Source: Girardia tigrina
Lineage: Eukaryota
DNA: 64,000 bases
Assembly (NCBI GenBank): GCA_001938485.1
Contig: MQRK01240841.1
Coordinates: 1-64,000 of the forward strand
Direction: 5' to 3'
Positions 40,415 to 54,119 of this stretch are shown here, one piece after another. Numbering within the stretch: the first letter of the stretch is position 1; the number at the start of each line of letters is the position of its first letter. Made by a program: the position numbers and the translations under genes. The notes beneath the pieces were generated by a model, which made no database searches, was not told where the DNA came from, and saw nothing but the letters and a program-made list of their open reading frames with translations.

Positions 40415-42112
40415 AATTTTTTTTAAATCTAGCATAATACAACAAATTACGTAACAATTTTTTTCAAAAAATTTTGGAAAAACAAGTTAATTAATGATTC
40501 ATTTTATAGATTATTCAATTTTAAACAACTTTTTTGAAGTAAACGTATGCCCTGAAATGAACAGTAACAAAGTTATTTAATAAAAACAATATTTATTATT
40601 ATAAAAGATTTTAATAGTGAGATCCTTCTGAAACAATTACATTTCTTAATCGTCGCTCAAAGTTGTTTACAACTCTTTTTAACATTTCAGGAGTGATCTC
40701 TCGAATCCTGGCTTCAATTCGATTTTTTAAATCTTCCAAATTAACAACTGCAGTTCCATAAATACCATCCTTTATGAATCTCAAAAGAAAATAATCGCAT
40801 GGATTCAAATCAGATGAATAAGGAGGCCAACATATCCCTTTATCAGTAAATTTCTCTGAATCCAATCCTATTATTCGACTGTCAAAATGTTCTGAAAGAT
40901 AATCTAATACTTCGCAGGTTCCTTGCGGTCTAGCACCATCTTGCATGAAATAAAAGTCGTTTATTTTTCCCAAACCATACAAATAAGGTACCACTTGTTC
41001 TTGAAGAATGTTTAAATAAACCATTGATTTAATATTTTCAGAAAACATAACCGGTTCAATAATCATTTCTGAAGATAAACCACATCAGACAGTTAATCTT
41101 TTAGGGTGCAAGGGTTTAATAATGGAATAATGTGGATTTTCGGATTTTCAAATTCTACAATTTTGCTTATTAACTTATCCTTCCATTTGAAAGTGCGCTT
41201 CATCTGAAAACAAAATCTTTCCGAAATCAATATCGTTATTTTCTGCCATTGTCAACAATTGATTTGCAAATTTCAAACGTCTTTCACCAGAAAGTTGATT
41301 TATGGGTTGATCTTTTTGAATCTTGTATGGAAATAAGGACAATTCTTTCTTGATAATTCTTTGTACCGATGATTTGATGATATCCAGTTGCTTACTTGCC
41401 ATTATAATCGATGTTGAAGGGCTTTGCTTGATCAATTCCTCAATTTTCTTAACATTTTCTTCGACAATACTACTTCGCTACCAAAAATCATAAATTAGTC
41501 AAATACTCTAAAATAATGATAAAAATAGTTCAATTCATTTTAAATGCCTTTACTAACCTTTTAATTGTCTTTGGATCTATATTGTGGTGATTTCCAAACT
41601 TTTTCTTGAATAATTTAACCACTTCTGATGGTGAATTCGTATTACGATAAAATAAAACCATAAAACATCGTTGTTCTGTAGAATATCGGTTCATTTTCGC
41701 TGAATAAAGATGAAACTTGAACACTGTCGAAACTAAAACACACTCTAAATAAACAATATGGATTCTAGGAATCAAAATTTAATTACAAATTGGTCGATTT
41801 ATTGTTTTAATCGATGAAATTAATTTAAATATCGATAAATCAAAATTTTTAAAACTTATAATTTATTGAATAACTTTGTTACTGTTCGTTTTAGGGCATA
41901 AGTTTACTTCAAAAAAGTTGTTTAAAATTGAATAATCTATAAAATTAGTCATTATTTAACTTGTTTTTCCAAATTTTTTTGAAAATTTTGTTACGTAATT
42001 TGTTATATGATGCTAGATTTAAAAAAAAATTATTAGTCATTATACAATATATAGACCATTAAATTCAATTTAACATCAAAATTAGCGAAGGCATACCATG
42101 TGGGACACCCTG
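40415..42112 (-). mobile_element. rosa-like Tc1/mariner with long TIRs and a DD47D triad (pseudogenised)
   Basis: MNRYSTEQR start, ILFSDEAHF, FMQDGARP...WPPYSSDLNPCD. Inverted repeat ~40415-40578 / ~41869-42030. Right end GGGACACCCTG followed by TA; left TIR tip missing. Confidence 0.9.
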
Positions 42113-42358
42113 TACATTAATATATTGACAATATTACTTTAGTAAATAAATTGGTAAATAATCTTCACATAAGTTACCAATTTGATCTTCTGAGTAAGCT
42201 GAAAATAACAGAAATAAGAAAAATAATTTACAAAAATAGACATTTTATACACAAACGTTATTTAAACCATGATGTACTGTTAATATTATTATTATTATTA
42301 TTATGAATTTATAAAATATTCATTATTATAATTTATAAATAATTTCTTTTAAATTTAG

Positions 42359-43512
42359 ATATCAAGAACACAAATAATGCCAAACTATTTTGTCTATTTC
42401 ATTCAAGTATGAATACATTTCTCTGTAATCTAGCATTTCTTCATGTTTTATGTTCGAGTCTCGATACATTTTTTCGTTTACGAAATCCAAGACTTTATCT
42501 TGACAGTCAAAGACCCCAAACTACATTCCTCAAAGTTTCCGCACCTTGGATTGTCACAACAATCCAAGCTGCCTGCCAGTTGACAATTAACAATCAAAAG
42601 ACTGTAACAATCGAAAACTCACTTTGCTTAATTGACGATGGAAACTTCTTGATACTGAGAAGTGTGATATCTTATGCAGTTCCATTAGTCGTTTGTGTGA
42701 TTTTAATAATATTACAGATCATTTATTTAAGATTTCTTACATCAGTCAGTATTGCTAATTTAGAATTTCTTTTACGATCTTATTCTTTGAATAAAATTAA
42801 CGAAAAATGTGAGTCGGATGAAACCTGTCAACTAAATGCATTCGACAATAGTCAGTCTAATAATGAGATAAATGAAAACGAAGAAATGATTTCCGAAACA
42901 AACGTTATGGATAGTTCAATTTCCAGAGATCCTATTAACCCTATTCTACAATCGCCAAAATTAGTATCAGCAAGTACATCAAGAATATTGAAGCATAATT
43001 GCCCAAAGCACGGTCTTATTTCTTTTCCAGTAGTTATTCAAGAGTCTCCACAAATCATTGATTTGACTTCAACATCCAATCTTCTGACAATGAGTAATGA
43101 TAGAACAAAAAGCACTCTTCATAAATCAGTATCTTTTGAAATGCCAGACATAACAAATTTAGCTAAATCTGCTGAAACAATTGCTGAAATGAGAAACAAA
43201 GAATCCTCTAGATATTCTTCTAATAAAAAGTCATGGTTGAAAATGTATAAAACTGAGCAATTATCAATAGCGATGAATATGATAATGTGTATTATATCAA
43301 TTGGTGTATGGTCTCCTCTCATATTATCTACATTGGCTTACAAATTGTGTAAAGAATCTCCTTGTACCATTCATATCTTGGTTGACCGGATTAATGATTT
43401 CGAATGGTGGGCATATGCTGGGGGATTAGCATATCCATGTATTTTTCTGTTTATAGATTCCACAATACGAAAATCACTTAAATCATATATTTGTGCTCAT
43501 TTTAGAAAATAA
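42359..43512 (+). CDS. Terminal exon (TM3-TM7 and C-tail) of the 5-HT2-like orphan GPCR; spliced product 474 aa if started at 19071
   Basis: Acceptor TTTAG|AT, phase 1, in frame with the 19341 donor (T+AT = Tyr). TM3 Cys, SLDTFFRLRNP, ECL2/TM5 SLCLIDDGNFLILRSVISYAVPLVV, long ICL3, VWSP in TM6, LAYPCIF in TM7, helix 8. Intact 1154-nt exon. Confidence 0.9.
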
Positions 43513-44099
43513 TATAATTATTTAAAACATCGACGAAAAATCAAAGTGTATATAAAATTTATATCAGTCAACATCAAAAGAAATTACTCCTTCAATATTG
43601 TAACTTTTGTCATAGATGTTGTGACTTTATTCGAGTTTCGTTTGGATTTTTTTATAAATAAAAAAGTTTTTTCATTGTCAGAAATAGATAAACATTTTAT
43701 GATTGATTTTAATATACTTAAATTTTGGGCTTTTACTAAACTAAATAAATGTATAAATTGAAGCTCATAAGAGAAGCATGAGTTATTTGTACAAACATTT
43801 ATTAGGATTTGTGTTCTTTTCAATTTATAAAATTAAAAAATATATAAAATTACTTTCAAAAATGTCTTAAAAATCGACAAAGTAAAAATGTACACTAAAA
43901 CAAATTTTATTTTTTAATTTTTTTAATATTTGTATTAATTTTATTTTTTAAATATTTTTTAACAATTTTAATTTCAATCTGAAATTTTAAAAAACACAAC
44001 TTTTGATGTATCGCTTCATTTTATGAAAATTAAAAAATTTCGATAATACTCTCATCGACCCCTACTCAGTTTTTTTAAATATTTTCTTCACATGTTCCT

Positions 44100-46000
44100 C
44101 ACATATTTTTTCAGAATTATCTTCAAGAACAAATCTTATACCATGTAATCTTCAAATGACTTTATATGGTCCCTCGTATTTTTCTCGATCTTGAATTTTA
44201 TATTCAACAAGTATCTAAAGTATGACTAATATGTAAGTCAACCAATTTTACGTTTGCCTTATCAAAAACATAGTTTAGTATAGCTATAAAATATTTGTAT
44301 TTTTATGGAAGTAGAATGAATAATTTAATAATACTCAAGACCATCAATAACGAATGTATATTTTTCCTGATATGTTAAATTGTAATGTTCATGTACGAAG
44401 AATGAATTTTACTTAGGTCGTTAAACTAGAATCACCACTAAGGATATCCTTAAGATGTGAACGGAATAGTAATGGAAGAATCAAGATGACATCTGACCAA
44501 GATTGCATATCTTAAAATAATATTAAGTATACGACTTTATAATGACTAATTTAACAATAAAATGTTGTATAGACATTTGTTACATAAATATATACAATAA
44601 ATTATACATTTAAAGTAGACTCCTAATTACAATGGATTTGTTGAGACTTGATGATTCATTTATTGCAAGTATCTTTCCGTTGGCATTGATCTCTCCAAAT
44701 TTCGAGATTTCCCAATGTATCCATGAGTAATTTATATTATTTTTGGAATATCCAAATTATAGTTGTATAAATGAAAAAATAAGATAACTTTAATTAAATG
44801 TGATAAACAATTTTCTAATATATTTATTAAGTTTTCAACTCTTTTTTTTTAAATTGAATTGTTTTTAAATTAGTTGATCGAAATATCTTCCTTTAAACAG
44901 TGTCCCTCAGAATAAAATAACAGTTCTTTATTTTCATGTAATTTAACTTTTTTTACAAAATTTACCAAACAGAAAATTCTGGTCTGTTTGTTCTTTTTCA
45001 TATTTTAGTCGTTGAGGACTTATATTAAAAGCAAATTTGTTAGAAAAAATAACCTATTTTTCCGAAGATTATTATTATTGTACAATATAAGTTATTCAAT
45101 CTACCATCTTAGAAAGAGACTCATGAATGTTTTCATTCAATTTGCTTCATTTTCACGTCTTTTTCTCATTTATACGCATCATCTTTTAGACGCTGAGACA
45201 ATGAAGGTGATGATAAACAGCTCAATGTTAATGATCATTTGAGAATATTTAGACTCATATTCATAGCATCCAAATCAACAACAGTTTGTATTTTCCTTCA
45301 GTTTGCCTTAGGATTTATCAAAAATCGCATCGTGAGTGCTGTATTGATTCGATCAGGAAATTGTCTTTTTCTACCACTTTTTTCCTATTAATTGTGATCA
45401 AATTTGATCAGCTTCTTTTTATTTATTATTATTCCTGATGTTGTTAGGCGAGGAATATCTATATCAGATAAAATTCAGATCTGTTTCATCGTATGATTTT
45501 TTCAATAACTGAATAGAAGATAGTGGGTGGCGATCCATAATTTTAGAATCTAGTTAAGTTCTATTAATGATCTGTACAATTTATACTTAGAAATAGAGCT
45601 TTATTTGTATATTACAGTTAATTTTATTCAACCAAGTGTTTTAAATATTTTATATAGAAAATTCATTTTTTATTAGATATTTTTATTGCAAAATCTACGC
45701 AATGTTTGAGTCTGCAACATGCGAATTTAAAGATAGTTTGATTTGGTAACTTTTGTAAAAAGTTAATTTATATAGAAAAGTATTGATGGACTAATTTGAG
45801 AGACAATGTATTTCGTTATCCTTCATAGTTTGTTCAAAGTGTTAATGGTCGAAAGAAAACCTTATCTTTAACATCTAAGTATGGATTTTTCTATTTTTCC
45901 TCTTATTAATAAACAAGAAATAATTATAGATCAAGAATTATGAAGAAAGGTTTAATCTTGGATACTAGAACATACAAAGTACAGGACAAACAAAAAGCAT
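44100..46000 (-). mobile_element. Highly decayed LTR-retrotransposon pol-like remnant
   Basis: Minus-strand IMDRHPLSSI (RT D.HP.P.I-like) near 45520 in coding-like composition. Boundaries uncertain. Confidence 0.3.
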
Positions 46001-47059
46001 GCTATTTTTTCGAAAACAATTATCAGGTTTTATTCAGTCGCTGAACCAGTAAACTATCAATAAGCTGGTGCTATTTAATCTCTTTATTTTTGCAATGGCA
46101 CTGCATCAACAAATATTGGTGAACTAATCCAAGACAGAATTGTTGCTTCAAATTCTTCTATAAAATTGTTTTATTTGTTATGATAAGCAAAAGCAAAAGT
46201 TGCATTTTCTGTAAATGATTTTGTAGCCTCAGTATTTTTATACACTTAAAAAAATTTCAAAGTTCAAATTTAAAAACGAATGAATTTTAAAAAACAAATG
46301 TGCCGAAAGATAGAAATCAAAATAGAATTAGCAAGGAAATCAATTTTTGATAAACCTATTTGTAAATCATTAAATTGCTGCTGTCGAAACCATATTTTAT
46401 CATGATCCAAATTTTCTAATTGGTAATTTGTTTCCAAATTTACTCTTATATTTAAATGAAAGCCATTTTGGCTTAGCAACTTTTAATAGTTCACGAAATG
46501 ATTTAGTTTCGAGCAACTCTGGAAGCTAACCCTGAATCGAAAATATTCCATATGAAAATTGCGACAACTAACCCGACAAAATGTCGCGTGATCCGGTTGG
46601 AGGCGTCCCAGAAAAAAACAATGAAGAAATCAGCTCTTTGAGGTTCTCTATGTGACACAAATCAGCGGACTTCGACTTGTCCAGAATACTTAAATACTGA
46701 TTTTTGGTCGATAACCATTTCAAAATTTGTTAAACTTGAAACTTTAGAGTCGTTATTTTGTACGGACGGATTGTCGCCGGTAAAAAGATTCAAATTGCAG
46801 ATAAGTTTGCATTTGAAATTCTTGTATCGAGCTTTGTAAGATGGATTGACTATTTTTTTAACGGAATGCTACAAGAACCGTTTTTTTGCATTGAAAGACA
46901 GATTAAAATTCGAATTAAATTATTTCATCCATTTTGATTATTGAAAAGGTGGAAAAATGACATAAAATGCAAGTTACCCGCAAGAATTCTCCAACTCTGC
47001 ATATTAAATTTTTTTCTATTGATTAAAATCAATATATATATATATATATATTAAATATA

Positions 47060-48423
47060 CAGTGTCGCTCAAATTAATCCGTCAGTACATTTTTTTCATA
47101 TTATTTAAATTTGTACAAAATTTACCAAGCCAACCATTCTTGAAATTTTACATATAACTAACTTAAAGATTGAGTCAATTTATCAATAAAAATATCTCAT
47201 AAAAAATAAAAATTGAAATATTTATGTAAGATTTTCAAAAAAAATTGGTTGCTCAATTTAATCCATCATTACGTCATATCAATAAAATTTTATCATATCT
47301 GTAAAAGTTTATTAAATTATAATTACATTATTGTTTAAGAAACCAAGATAATAAAATCCTAATAAAATTTTATTAGAAAAAGACAGACCGAATAACGGTT
47401 ATTAATATTTTATGGGTGCTCTTTTTGCATCAATACAGCTTGAATTCGTCGAGGCATACCATCGATGAGACCATGACAAGCAGCCTTAATGTCCGGATCA
47501 TTGCTCCATATATCTTTTATTATATTTATGAGTTCTTCTTTGGTATTTATATGTACAATGTGAACTTTTCTTTTGACAAAAGCCCATAAATTCTCTATTG
47601 GAGAGAGATCTGGGCTATATGGAGGCCATTTTAAGACAGCAATGTTCTGGTTTTTTAAAAATGAAGTTCCAGACTTGGACTTATGACACGGCGCATTATC
47701 CTGCTGAAAAATATCAATCCCAAATGAATGGCGTTCATTCATTAGGGGTAACAGGTTCTTTTTAAGGATATTTATGTACTTTTCTCAATTCATGGTTCTT
47801 TCAACTATTTCTAAGGCTCCTGTTCCATCTTTTGAAAAGCAGCCCCAGACCATAATTCGTTTAAGAAATGGTCGATGTTGCCTTGTGTGTTCATTTTGAA
47901 TTAGTTGACCTTTTCTTTTTCTTATATATTGTGCTCGTGGAGGATTCATCGGAAAAAGAACCTAAAATTTAATGAAAAAAAATATTATGTAATATAACCA
48001 TTATTTATTCTACCTTCTTCCAAAGAAAAACATCCCACTTTTCGTACAATTTACACCATTTATATCGTACATCCTTTTGGCGCTTAGACAGTGAAGGTGG
48101 TATTAGAGGTCGGTATGAAGATAAACCACTTCTTATTAATGATCGTTTGATGGTATTAAGATTCACATTCATGGTATTCAAACCAACAGCAGTTTGTATT
48201 GTCCTTGTGGTTGCTTTAGGATTTATCAAAGCTTGAAAAATTTTTTGTAAATCTTGCACAAATATTTCAATTTTTATTTTTTATGAGATATTTTTATTGA
48301 TAAATTGACTCAATCTTTAAGTTAGTTACATGTAAAATTTCAAGAATGGTTGGTTTGGTAAATTTTGTACTAATTTAAATAATATGAAAAAAATGTACTG
48401 ACGGATTAATTTGAGCGACACTG
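47060..48423 (-). mobile_element. Tc1 (DD34E) transposon, IR/DR type, 5' internally deleted, with a 52-bp intron
   Basis: TA-flanked CAGTGTCGCTC TIRs with ~164 bp matching. FQQDNAPCH...WPPYSPDLSPIENLW (34-aa spacer). Intron 48013-47962. Confidence 0.9.
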
Positions 48424-49907
48424 TATACTATAATTGTAGCAGGCTTCTACACAGTCAACTATGTAAACAGTTATCAGTCATAGTCTGGAGATTTTTATTA
48501 TCAATATATATGTAATAGTTGTAATACTTCATATATTTTGAAAAAACTTTCATGATCTCTGTAAGAGAATCCAGAAACATAATAGTAAAAAAGAGTAGTA
48601 ATAAAGAAAAACATTTTGAAGATGTCATAAATACTGAAAACTTCAAAGTTATGTGTACTTGATTTAATAATTATTTTGATAGAGTGGTATTAAGAGCATT
48701 TATATAAGATTGCCTAGTGCACTCTTTAACTAATTTTTCTAGTAATTAATATTTTCAATACCAAAACTTTTTATTTCTTGTCTTAAAAAATATTCGTATT
48801 TTTGAATTTTATTAAAATATTCGTTCACAGTTGATAAAATGCGAATTTTGATGGTTGAATGAGTATTTTCCGTTTAGTTTCACTGCAAATTTTTTCTAAT
48901 TCACTTTAGAAATATATAAAATTTTATTTGAATAAAAAAATAAATTACTCCATTTACTTTAAAAAAAATTGAAAGATATGCAAAAACAAATAAATTGGAT
49001 ATATTTTTTTATAAATTTAGAAAAAAACTTTTACATGAAAGCCTTTGCTGGAATAGAAATTTTCTTATAAAACAAAACTTATATAATAATTATTGTTTAA
49101 CATAATAATTATTTCTTTACTGAAAAAAATTACTATCTGAATTCAATTAACCGATTCGTGGCCATCCAGTATTTTATTTTCATGTTTCATCATTTCCTAA
49201 GATTCACATGTGTCCTGATCCTCTATGAGGTTAGCGTAGACAAAATAGATTGTTCTTTTTTACCCAAATTTTTCTCCACTAACGTTTAAATGATTTTGTC
49301 TGATTTTCTAAATGTTACTGTTTGGTCGCTTGACCCATTTCTCCTTTCTATCAGTTCTTTCATAATATCCCGTATGAATTTTACCTTTAAAAAAGCCGCT
49401 ATTAGTTTCTTTTCACATCATCCCTCAGACGTAGCTTCATATTTTATAATTGCATCCTTAATCAAGGATTACTAATCTTGTATGGTGTTACAAGTAAGAT
49501 TTTCCTCTCTTCTGAATATCCAATTGTCGTCCCTCTCCTGTTGACGGTCACAATGAATGCCTCTACTTCTATCTCGGATCCTTCAAATATCTCTGATGTT
49601 CGGAATCACGTTGTTATGTGTCGCCATATTAAGAATACTAATATGATTTTAACGCGTTAATTGTCCTCAAGACAAATATTATCAAAACATAAGTAATTTT
49701 GCATTATACGATTGATTAAGAATCTTTATTCAATTATCTACACAAATTGGAACCTGGAAAATCTCTAAAAAATATGATAGGTTAAAATTATAATAAACAT
49801 TAATTATTTTAAAATATCAATTCGGTTTATTTATATAAAAATTTAAGATAAAATTTATCAAATTATTTAAAATTTTGAAATGATAATAAATTAAATAAAT
49901 TTAAATA

Positions 49908-51070
49908 TTAGGTTGGTCGAAAAATAATGGCGGTTTTTGAGCTTTATACTTTGTTTATCTACTTTGATATGTATATAAGTTTAAATGCATTAGTGTTAGA
50001 TATTATTTGAAATCTTANNNNNNNNNNNNNNNNNNNNNNNNNNNNNNNNNNNNNNNNNNNNNNNNNNNNNNNNNNNNNNNNNNNNNNNNNNNNNNNNNNN
50101 NNNNNNNNNNNNNNNNNNNNNNNNNNNNNNNNNNNNNNNNNNNNNNNNNNNNNNNNNNNNNNNNNNNNNNNNNNNNNNNNNNNNNNNNNNNNNNNNNNNN
50201 NNNNNNNNNNNNNNNNNNNNNNNNNNNNNNNNNNNNNNNNNNNNNNNNNNNNNNNNNNNNNNNNNNNNNNNNNNNNNNNNNNNNNNNNNNNNNNNNNNNN
50301 NNNNNNNNNNNNNNNNNNNNNNNNNNNNNNNNNNNNNNNNNNNNNNNNNNNNNNNNNNNNNNNNNNNNNNNNNNNNNNNNNNNNNNNNNNNNNNNNNNNN
50401 NNNNNNNNNNNNNNNNNNNNNNNNNNNNNNNNNNNNNNNNNNNNNNNNNNNNNNNNNNNNNNNNNNNNNNNNNNNNNNNNNNNNNNNNNNNNNNNNNNNN
50501 NNNNNNNNNNNNNNNNNNNNNNNNNNNNNNNNNNNNNNNNNNNNNNNNNNNNNNNNNNNNNNNNNNNNNNNNNNNNNNNNNNNNNNNNNNNNNNNNNNNN
50601 NNNNNNNNNNNNNNNNNNNNNNNNNNNNNNNNNNNNNNNNNNNNNNNNNNNNNNNNNNCCCTTTGTCCGGGATTGGTCAATCGAAAAAGTCCCATCCTTC
50701 TTCATGATAACGCTAGACCTCATATTTCAAAAGTGACTCTTCAAAAGCTTAATGAGTTGGGCTATGAAACCCTGATTTATCCACCATATTCACCAGACCT
50801 CTCGCCAACGGACTTCTACTTTTTCAGGCATTTGTACAACTTCCTACATGAAAAAATTTTCAAAAACCTAAATGATAATGCCTTCCAAGAATTCGTCGCT
50901 TCGAGAACCGATGCATTTTATGCTGATGGAATAAAACAACTTGATTCTCGTTGGAAAAAATGTATTGATGCCAATGGTTCATACTTTGATTAATAAACTT
51001 TTGTTTCTGTGAATTTGTACGTCTTTGAAGTTTGTGTCCCAAAACCGCCATTATTTTTCGACCAACTTAA
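49908..51070 (+). mobile_element. Mariner (DD34D) spanning an assembly gap
   Basis: TA-flanked TIRs TTAGGTTGGTCGAAAAATAATGGCGGTTTT / AAAACCGCCATTATTTTTCGACCAACTTAA. LLHDNARPH...PPYSPDLSPTDF...RWKKCIDANGSYFD. Confidence 0.9.
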
Positions 51071-52369
51071 TATTGTGTTAATTTAAATAAAAAAATTTAA
51101 GTTACTATTTTATTAGATGTCTTTCACTTTATACGTGTTATAAAATTTATCTGAAAGGGTTTTAAGTTTTCAGGAACTTTTTTTCTCCAGAAACCCGTTT
51201 GACTTGAAATATTATTTTAATTGTTGATAAATATTAATTTCATAAATAAACTTTTATAATCACTTTCAAACAAAATATGATTACTTTATAATATTTTTCA
51301 AAATTCGAGAAAAAGTTGTTTAAATATTTTAAAAATTACAAAAAAACAAGATAAATAAAATTCTAAAAAAATTAAATTATTTGAATATTTTAATAGCAAA
51401 CATCTTTTTTTTAATGCAAATTGTTTTATTTATAATTAATAATAAAATATAAAAGCAATTTTGCCTAAAACCTAAAAATTTTATTTAAAAGGTGGTTTTA
51501 AAAGTTTCGCGTATCAACATTAAACTTCATAAATTATTGTGTTGTTAAAGTTCTTGTTATAAGGTTGTTTGAAAAACTTAAGACACATTTTTTAAGCCAA
51601 GGGATTATTTAAATAAAATTAAATAATTGAGTCTTAAAAATAATCATCCTTTTGTATTTATGGTCATTTGCTATCTAAATGGTAGTAGAGAACTTCTCCA
51701 GAACGAAGTAATTATTTATTCAAAGCACTGATCTTGATGATGTTTGTGGCGTCATCCTTTTCGAACTTTCAACAGCACATGAAAATCTTTATTGATGGTT
51801 ATATGGAAAAATTAGGTCTTGAAGACAAGCTAGATATGTCAATTCTTCCAAACCTTGATCGAAAATTGCTTGTTTGGTTATCAAAATGTTTATCAATATG
51901 TCTTCGTACCCTATCATGCTTAAAGAAGACATTTTATAAGCCCATCGGATCAATTGACTTTTTTTGCAATTTTTGTGTAAGGGTTAATTTTTAGGTTTGA
52001 TTTTAGTAGATAATTAAAACTAACACTTTATTTATAACTCACGATGTACTTAGCATTAACGTTTTGCTGTAAATATGTGACTTGGGTGATGATTACTTTT
52101 AATACTCAGTTATTTAACTTTATTTAAATCCATTTTAGATTTGTTATTTTGATCCGAAAGAAAAACACTTTTTTCAAAAATATAATTGCAAGGACGCTAA
52201 TATCATTAGTTTCTTCAATGTTGGAATATTTCTTTTCATATATGGACTTACTAGCACAAAGAAACTTTTGATATAAAATATTTTTTAATTGAAAAATACA
52301 TTATCTTTAACCTTTTTTGACATTGAATTCCAAAATAAAATATTTTGTTCGAAAATTTTTTTACAGTTA

Positions 52370-53116
52370 GTCTCTTATTACTGCTGGATTCAATACGGTA
52401 GTGATTTTAGAAGAGTAAAGAAAGTTTTAAGAAAATCGGGTTTAATGGTTTGGGCCATGTTAGTGCCTAATGGCCTTATATCCTATGAAATAATGAAAGG
52501 ATGACAAACATCTATAAAATATATAGAACTAATTAAAAGAAAAGCAATTCCAATAATAAAACTAAATTATAAAGATAATTGGATTTTTCAACAGGACAAT
52601 TGTCCAATTCATACATCAAAAGATGCAAAGCAGTTCTTCAAATCATCAAATGTGACTGCTTTAAACTGGCCTCCATATAGTCCAATTTGAACATCATTAA
52701 AAATATCTGGTTCATTTTGGCCCAAACAGTTTATGATGGTAAATCAATTAAATATCTTTCAGAATTGGAAATGAGGATCAAAAAAGCCGTGTTCGAATTC
52801 AATGAAAATTACAGACAAATATCGAACAATCTTTATAATTCTGTTTCCTCTAGACTTTTTTTCTGTAATAATAAAACATGGAGACAGAATTAAGTATTAA
52901 TAAATGTGTTTTTTGTATGTTTCAAAACATCGTACGGTTAATTTTGAAATGCTTTTATTTTAAAATAAAGTTATTATATCAGTGTTAGAATTAAATATTA
53001 AAATAACACTATACATTTAGTAAACTAATATTGTGTAATCTGTAGTACGAATAAAATATCATATAATTGTATTTCTTTCAGTAATAGAATCGTACGGATA
53101 ATTTTGAAACAGACTG
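52370..53116 (+). mobile_element. Tc1-like transposon 3' half with IR/DR right end
   Basis: GLMVWAML, WIFQQDNCPIH...WPPYSP. Direct repeat CGTACGGWTAATTTTGAAA at ~52931 and ~53091. Ends ACTG followed by TA. Confidence 0.8.
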
Positions 53117-54119
53117 TACCAAGTCGCCCTACTAACTATTTTAACATCAAAGAAAACCTAGAAACCCATAGTGGTAAAATTGTCACAATCTAACCCTTCG
53201 TCGTATGATTCTTAGAAAGATGGCACCAATGAAATGATGACCTTCTGCAAAATATATTTTAGTTACTTGATGACATCTTGTAATATTCAACTAGAGTAGC
53301 CATATGAAACATCGCACTTTGAGCAAAACATTATCGCCAATTCGTATTATACATCTCAAAAGACGAGATTAATATAGATGACACTGCCCAATATCAAAGT
53401 TGTAACCTTTTTTCTAAGTATACTTTCCCGGTCATAACGCATAGTTCCTCATCTTGGGAAAAGGAGTATTAATATAGCCCGGTTTTAGGACATCACTTCT
53501 CTTAGGTATAGCAGAATATCTATATGGTATTTGCTTTTAAGTAATCGGTGCAATTAAATTAAATTAAACTTTTATGTATATTGTCTTTGTTTTAACTAAA
53601 AAAGTTTGTATGCACTTTTGCTAAAAATTGCTAAATTTTAGTATGTTTTTCTTTATTTTGGTCTTTATTTTTATTTAATTATTTATCTATTATTTGCAAA
53701 ATTGAAAAAAAACCACAATGATTTATGAGCTTTCCTTTCGGAGACAATTTGATATCGTTTGCTTTAATATGATAAGACACGCTAATAAAAAGAGAAGGAG
53801 ACATCTTTTTAAGTAGACAATTCTTATTAAACTGATGTATTTTTTTCTTAAAAATATAACATCTCATATATCAAGTACAAATAATAACAGCAATTTAAAA
53901 TTATAAAATTTATTCTGCCTTTTGATGGATAAATTAACCAAAATCTCCCAGGATGAAATACTTTTGATAATTTATAGGTTATTTTATTTCTAACATTTTC
54001 TATGACTTATGTTTATATCTATAAAGACATTAAATAAAAATTAATTACATATTTAAAATTTAATTTGCTTCAATTAATAATCTTTTTATTCAAATATATT
54101 AAGAAGGTTTATTCAATGT

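Noticed and set aside
49959-50723. Long ORFs across 50018-50658
   Set aside because: Artefacts of the N gap; only the mariner C-terminus after the gap is real.
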